Source: a candidate division FCPU426 bacterium (GTDB lineage: Bacteria > Oederibacteriota > Muellerivitia > Muellerivitales > Muellerivitaceae). Taken from it: a stretch of 64,000 nucleotides of DNA. Location of the stretch: the NCBI GenBank assembly GCA_963830915.1, contig CAWHOE010000046.1, positions 64,001 through 128,000 of the forward strand. The letters run 5' to 3'. Positions within the stretch are counted from its first letter, which is position 1; each line of letters begins with the position of its first letter. Below the pieces are notes generated by a model. The model was given only the letters and a program-made list of their open reading frames with translations. It did no database searches and was not told the origin of the DNA. Shown here in pieces: positions 61,464 to 64,000 of this stretch. Made by a program: the position numbers and the translations under genes.

Positions 61464-61790
61464 TCGGTAATGCTTACCCTTTTAGGTTCAATGAAATGTT
61501 GGCGGGTCAGCACCAATCCAGATCGTGAAATTTTACGGTGGGTGGTTCGGCAATTTCAAAACCAAGAACCTAGTCCCCTGTTAAAACTATTTAGTTAATA
61601 GATTACCACGATAAAATCCGCTCCGCTATATCGCTAAACGAGTCGGTGGGGTTTTCAAAAGAACCAATGTTGAAACCCAAAGAAAATTTTGAAACGGTGG
61701 GGTAATTGTCCTATTTTCATGGCACATTTTGGACAATTTCGATTGTTTTAATGATTTTGAAACTATGAAGAAATAAACAAAATTAGGTAT

Positions 61791-62480
61791 TTATTTTATT
61801 AGGGGATCTTTTACTCCAAGTTGTGAAAACCCTTTGGCCCTTAAAAGACACGAATCACACCTACCGCATGGACGATCAACTTTGACGGGGTCATAACAGG
61901 AATGGGTCAGCCCGTAATCCACCCCCAATCTTAATCCTGTCAGGATGATTTGGGCTTTGGTCATCCGGATGAGGGGCGTATGGATCTTGAACCGCCATTT
62001 CCCTTCCACGCCTTTGCGGGTTGCCAGCCGGGCGAGCTTCTCGAAGGCCCGGATGAATTCCGGACGGCAGTCCGGGTAGCCGCTGTAATCCAGCGCGTTC
62101 ACGCCGATGAAAAGGTCCTGCGCCCCGATGACCTCGGCCCAGGCCATGCCCAGGGAAAGGAAAATGGTATTGCGGGCCGGAACATAAGTAGAGGGGATGC
62201 CCTTCCCCATTTCTTTCAGGCTTCGTGACTTAGGGACCTTGATCTTGCTGTCCGTGAGGGACGAACCGCCGAAGGAGGTCAGGGGCACGGCCAACTCCAG
62301 GTGGTTTTTCACCCCGAACTTCTTCACCACCCGGCGGGAGGCCTTCAGCTCCGCCTGGTGCCTTTGGCCGTAGGAGAGGGTCAGGGCGTAGGGCTCGAAC
62401 CCCCGGCTTTTGGCGATGGCCAGACAGGTAGTGGAATCCAAACCGCCGGAGACCAGCACGACCGCTTTTTTACTTTTCAT
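61791..62480 (-). CDS. queC: 7-cyano-7-deazaguanine synthase
   Basis: [36 protein letters not shown]...CGRCDSC..R. Confidence 0.97.
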   Translation of the reverse strand: MKSKKAVVLVSGGLDSTTCLAIAKSRGFEPYALTLSYGQRHQAELKASRRVVKKFGVKNHLELAVPLTSFGGSSLTDSKIKVPKSRSLKEMGKGIPSTYVPARNTIFLSLGMAWAEVIGAQDLFIGVNALDYSGYPDCRPEFIRAFEKLARLATRKGVEGKWRFKIHTPLIRMTKAQIILTGLRLGVDYGLTHSCYDPVKVDRPCGRCDSCLLRAKGFSQLGVKDPLIK

Positions 62481-62487
62481 TTCTCGA

Positions 62488-63150
62488 CTACCTTCCTTTG
62501 GATTCTTTGGGCCACAATATTTTATGCAGTTGCAGTTGGAACCTCACCGGCAAACGGTCGTCGGTGATCCATTGGGCCAGTTCGGCCGGCTCCAAATGGC
62601 CAAAAGCGGTCGAAAACAACAGGGTGAACTTTCCCGCCAGCCGTTTTTTTTCGATGACGCCTTTGGCGTAGTCGTAATCTTCCCGGCCAGCGATGACGAA
62701 CTTGATCTCGTCCTGCCCCGGAACAAGCCGGTCCAGGTTGGCCCAGACATTCCGTGCTTCCTCACCCGAACCTGGGCATTTGATATCCATGATCTTTACG
62801 ATGGCGGGAGGTACCCGGTCCAGTTCCACCGCCCCGCTGGTTTCCAGCATCACCCTATACCCTTGGTCCAAGAGGGAATCCATCAGGGGATAGACCCCCT
62901 CCTGTTCCAGGGGTTCGCCGCCGGTGAGTTCCACCAGTTTGACGCCGTAGGAATCCACCTTTCGCAGGATGGTTTCCAGGCTCTTATCCTCTCCCTCATG
63001 AAAAGCGTAGGCCGTGTCGCACCATTGGCACCTGAGGGAACAACCGGTCAGGCGGATGAACACGCAAGGCAGGCCCGCCCAAGTCGATTCGCCTTGAAGG
63101 CTCAGGTATATCTCGTTGACCTTCAAAGGTTCTTTTATTCGCTCCGTCAT
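62488..63150 (-). CDS. queE: 7-carboxy-7-deazaguanine synthase (radical SAM)
   Basis: [39 protein letters not shown]; adjacent to queC. Confidence 0.93.
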   Translation of the reverse strand: MTERIKEPLKVNEIYLSLQGESTWAGLPCVFIRLTGCSLRCQWCDTAYAFHEGEDKSLETILRKVDSYGVKLVELTGGEPLEQEGVYPLMDSLLDQGYRVMLETSGAVELDRVPPAIVKIMDIKCPGSGEEARNVWANLDRLVPGQDEIKFVIAGREDYDYAKGVIEKKRLAGKFTLLFSTAFGHLEPAELAQWITDDRLPVRFQLQLHKILWPKESKGR

Positions 63151-63167
63151 TTCCCCGCCTGTCTTTC

Positions 63168-64000
63168 CTATTCTTTCAGCTCCACAAGGTAATAGCTGGA
63201 GCGGTCCTTGGGGGAAATATTAAACTCCAAAGCCCCTTTATTCATAGTGGTCGACAGGGGGGACAGCTTCTGTCCCGACTCGTCGATGGGCGTGACCAGG
63301 TAATGGTCCGCGGCGTGGTCGACGATGGATATTTTGGCCGTTACACCCTGCATCAGGATGGGGGTATGCCCCGAGTCCTTGAGGGCGGTGCGGGTGGGGT
63401 TGAAGACCTGCCCGCTGTTCTCGGCCCGGCCCACGGCGAACACCACGAATTTCTTGGACTGGCTCAAGGGCTGGTGGTCCAAAGCGACCGCCAGGATGGC
63501 CGTCCAGGGATTGCGGGGGGCGACATGCGCCCACATTCCCGTTGTTCCCCAAACCTGGTCCGGACTGTCGGCCGAGATGGCCCCGACCAACCCCTGGACC
63601 ATGGGGCTGTCGATCTTCAGGATGCCCTTGCCGTAATAGAGGGTCTCCTCGCCCGTAGAACTGTCGACCTCTTTTTCCTCGGCGTTGTAAAGCTTCTCGA
63701 TCTTAGATAGGTCCGAGGGGGCCGCTGGCTTGGAACCAACGAAACGCTTCGCCACCTTGGCGACATAAGGAAGCCAGGGATGGTCGAACAGCCAGGAAGA
63801 TTTGCTGCCGTTGGCCAGGATATCCTGGTCGGCGATGGGTTCCTCGATGGTCACGTCCGAGGGTTTCAACAACCCCTCCTCGAAGATCAGGGCGCCGGCC
63901 TGGTAGAGAGGCTCGTTATCCGGGCGGGAGTTGATGGAGAAATTGGTCATCTTCTCCGAACCGATCAGGGACGGGCCGAAATCGAACTGCAAAAAGCCGT
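63168..64000 (-). CDS. Hypothetical protein, C-terminal part (possibly glycoside-hydrolase-associated); 5' end outside the window
   Basis: Open frame to the window edge; ALDHQPL..SKK...AVGRAENSG...G..PILM pattern. Confidence 0.55.
   Translation of the reverse strand, partial: GFLQFDFGPSLIGSEKMTNFSINSRPDNEPLYQAGALIFEEGLLKPSDVTIEEPIADQDILANGSKSSWLFDHPWLPYVAKVAKRFVGSKPAAPSDLSKIEKLYNAEEKEVDSSTGEETLYYGKGILKIDSPMVQGLVGAISADSPDQVWGTTGMWAHVAPRNPWTAILAVALDHQPLSQSKKFVVFAVGRAENSGQVFNPTRTALKDSGHTPILMQGVTAKISIVDHAADHYLVTPIDESGQKLSPLSTTMNKGALEFNISPKDRSSYYLVELKE

Noticed and set aside
61791..63150. queC/queE as a 7-deazaguanine DNA-modification or QatABCD defence locus
   Set aside because: Canonical sequences with no dpdA, TatD or ATPase neighbours in the window; best read as ordinary queuosine biosynthesis.

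Overview
This is a 64-kb, gene-dense bacterial chromosomal segment, mostly on the minus strand, from a diderm-looking organism. The Thr/Pro-rich secreted proteins with FlgD-Ig tails and the PorV-like barrels suggest an FCB-like or candidate-phylum lineage such as FCPU426 (inference only). The housekeeping backbone is gltX, yicC-gmk-rpoZ-coaBC-udg, a MoxR/Bat (VWA) operon, groES-groEL with a perfect CIRCE, hup, a beta-oxidation/patatin cluster, rqcH, pyrK-pyrD...pyrF-pyrE and queE-queC. The main accessory signal is a two-gene module seen three times. Each has a secreted cargo ending in a T9SS-CTD/FlgD-Ig-like domain (two ~2000-aa alternating-Thr repeat proteins and one S8 protease), overlapping its own PorV/PorQ-like beta-barrel gene. 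The first module runs on into a partner-switching unit: an RsbW-kinase/sensor/HAMP/PP2C protein with a transposase-like HTH tail, a STAS protein and a TPR protein. Also present are a 43-bp x ~9 intergenic tandem array, near-exact 948-, 636- and 135-bp intragenic duplications, a hairpin-dense intergenic region, and three single-base frameshifts (udg, a lipoprotein, pyrE) that are probably sequencing errors. No tRNA, rRNA, CRISPR array or intact mobile element was recognised. All product calls come from motif recognition by eye, not database searches.
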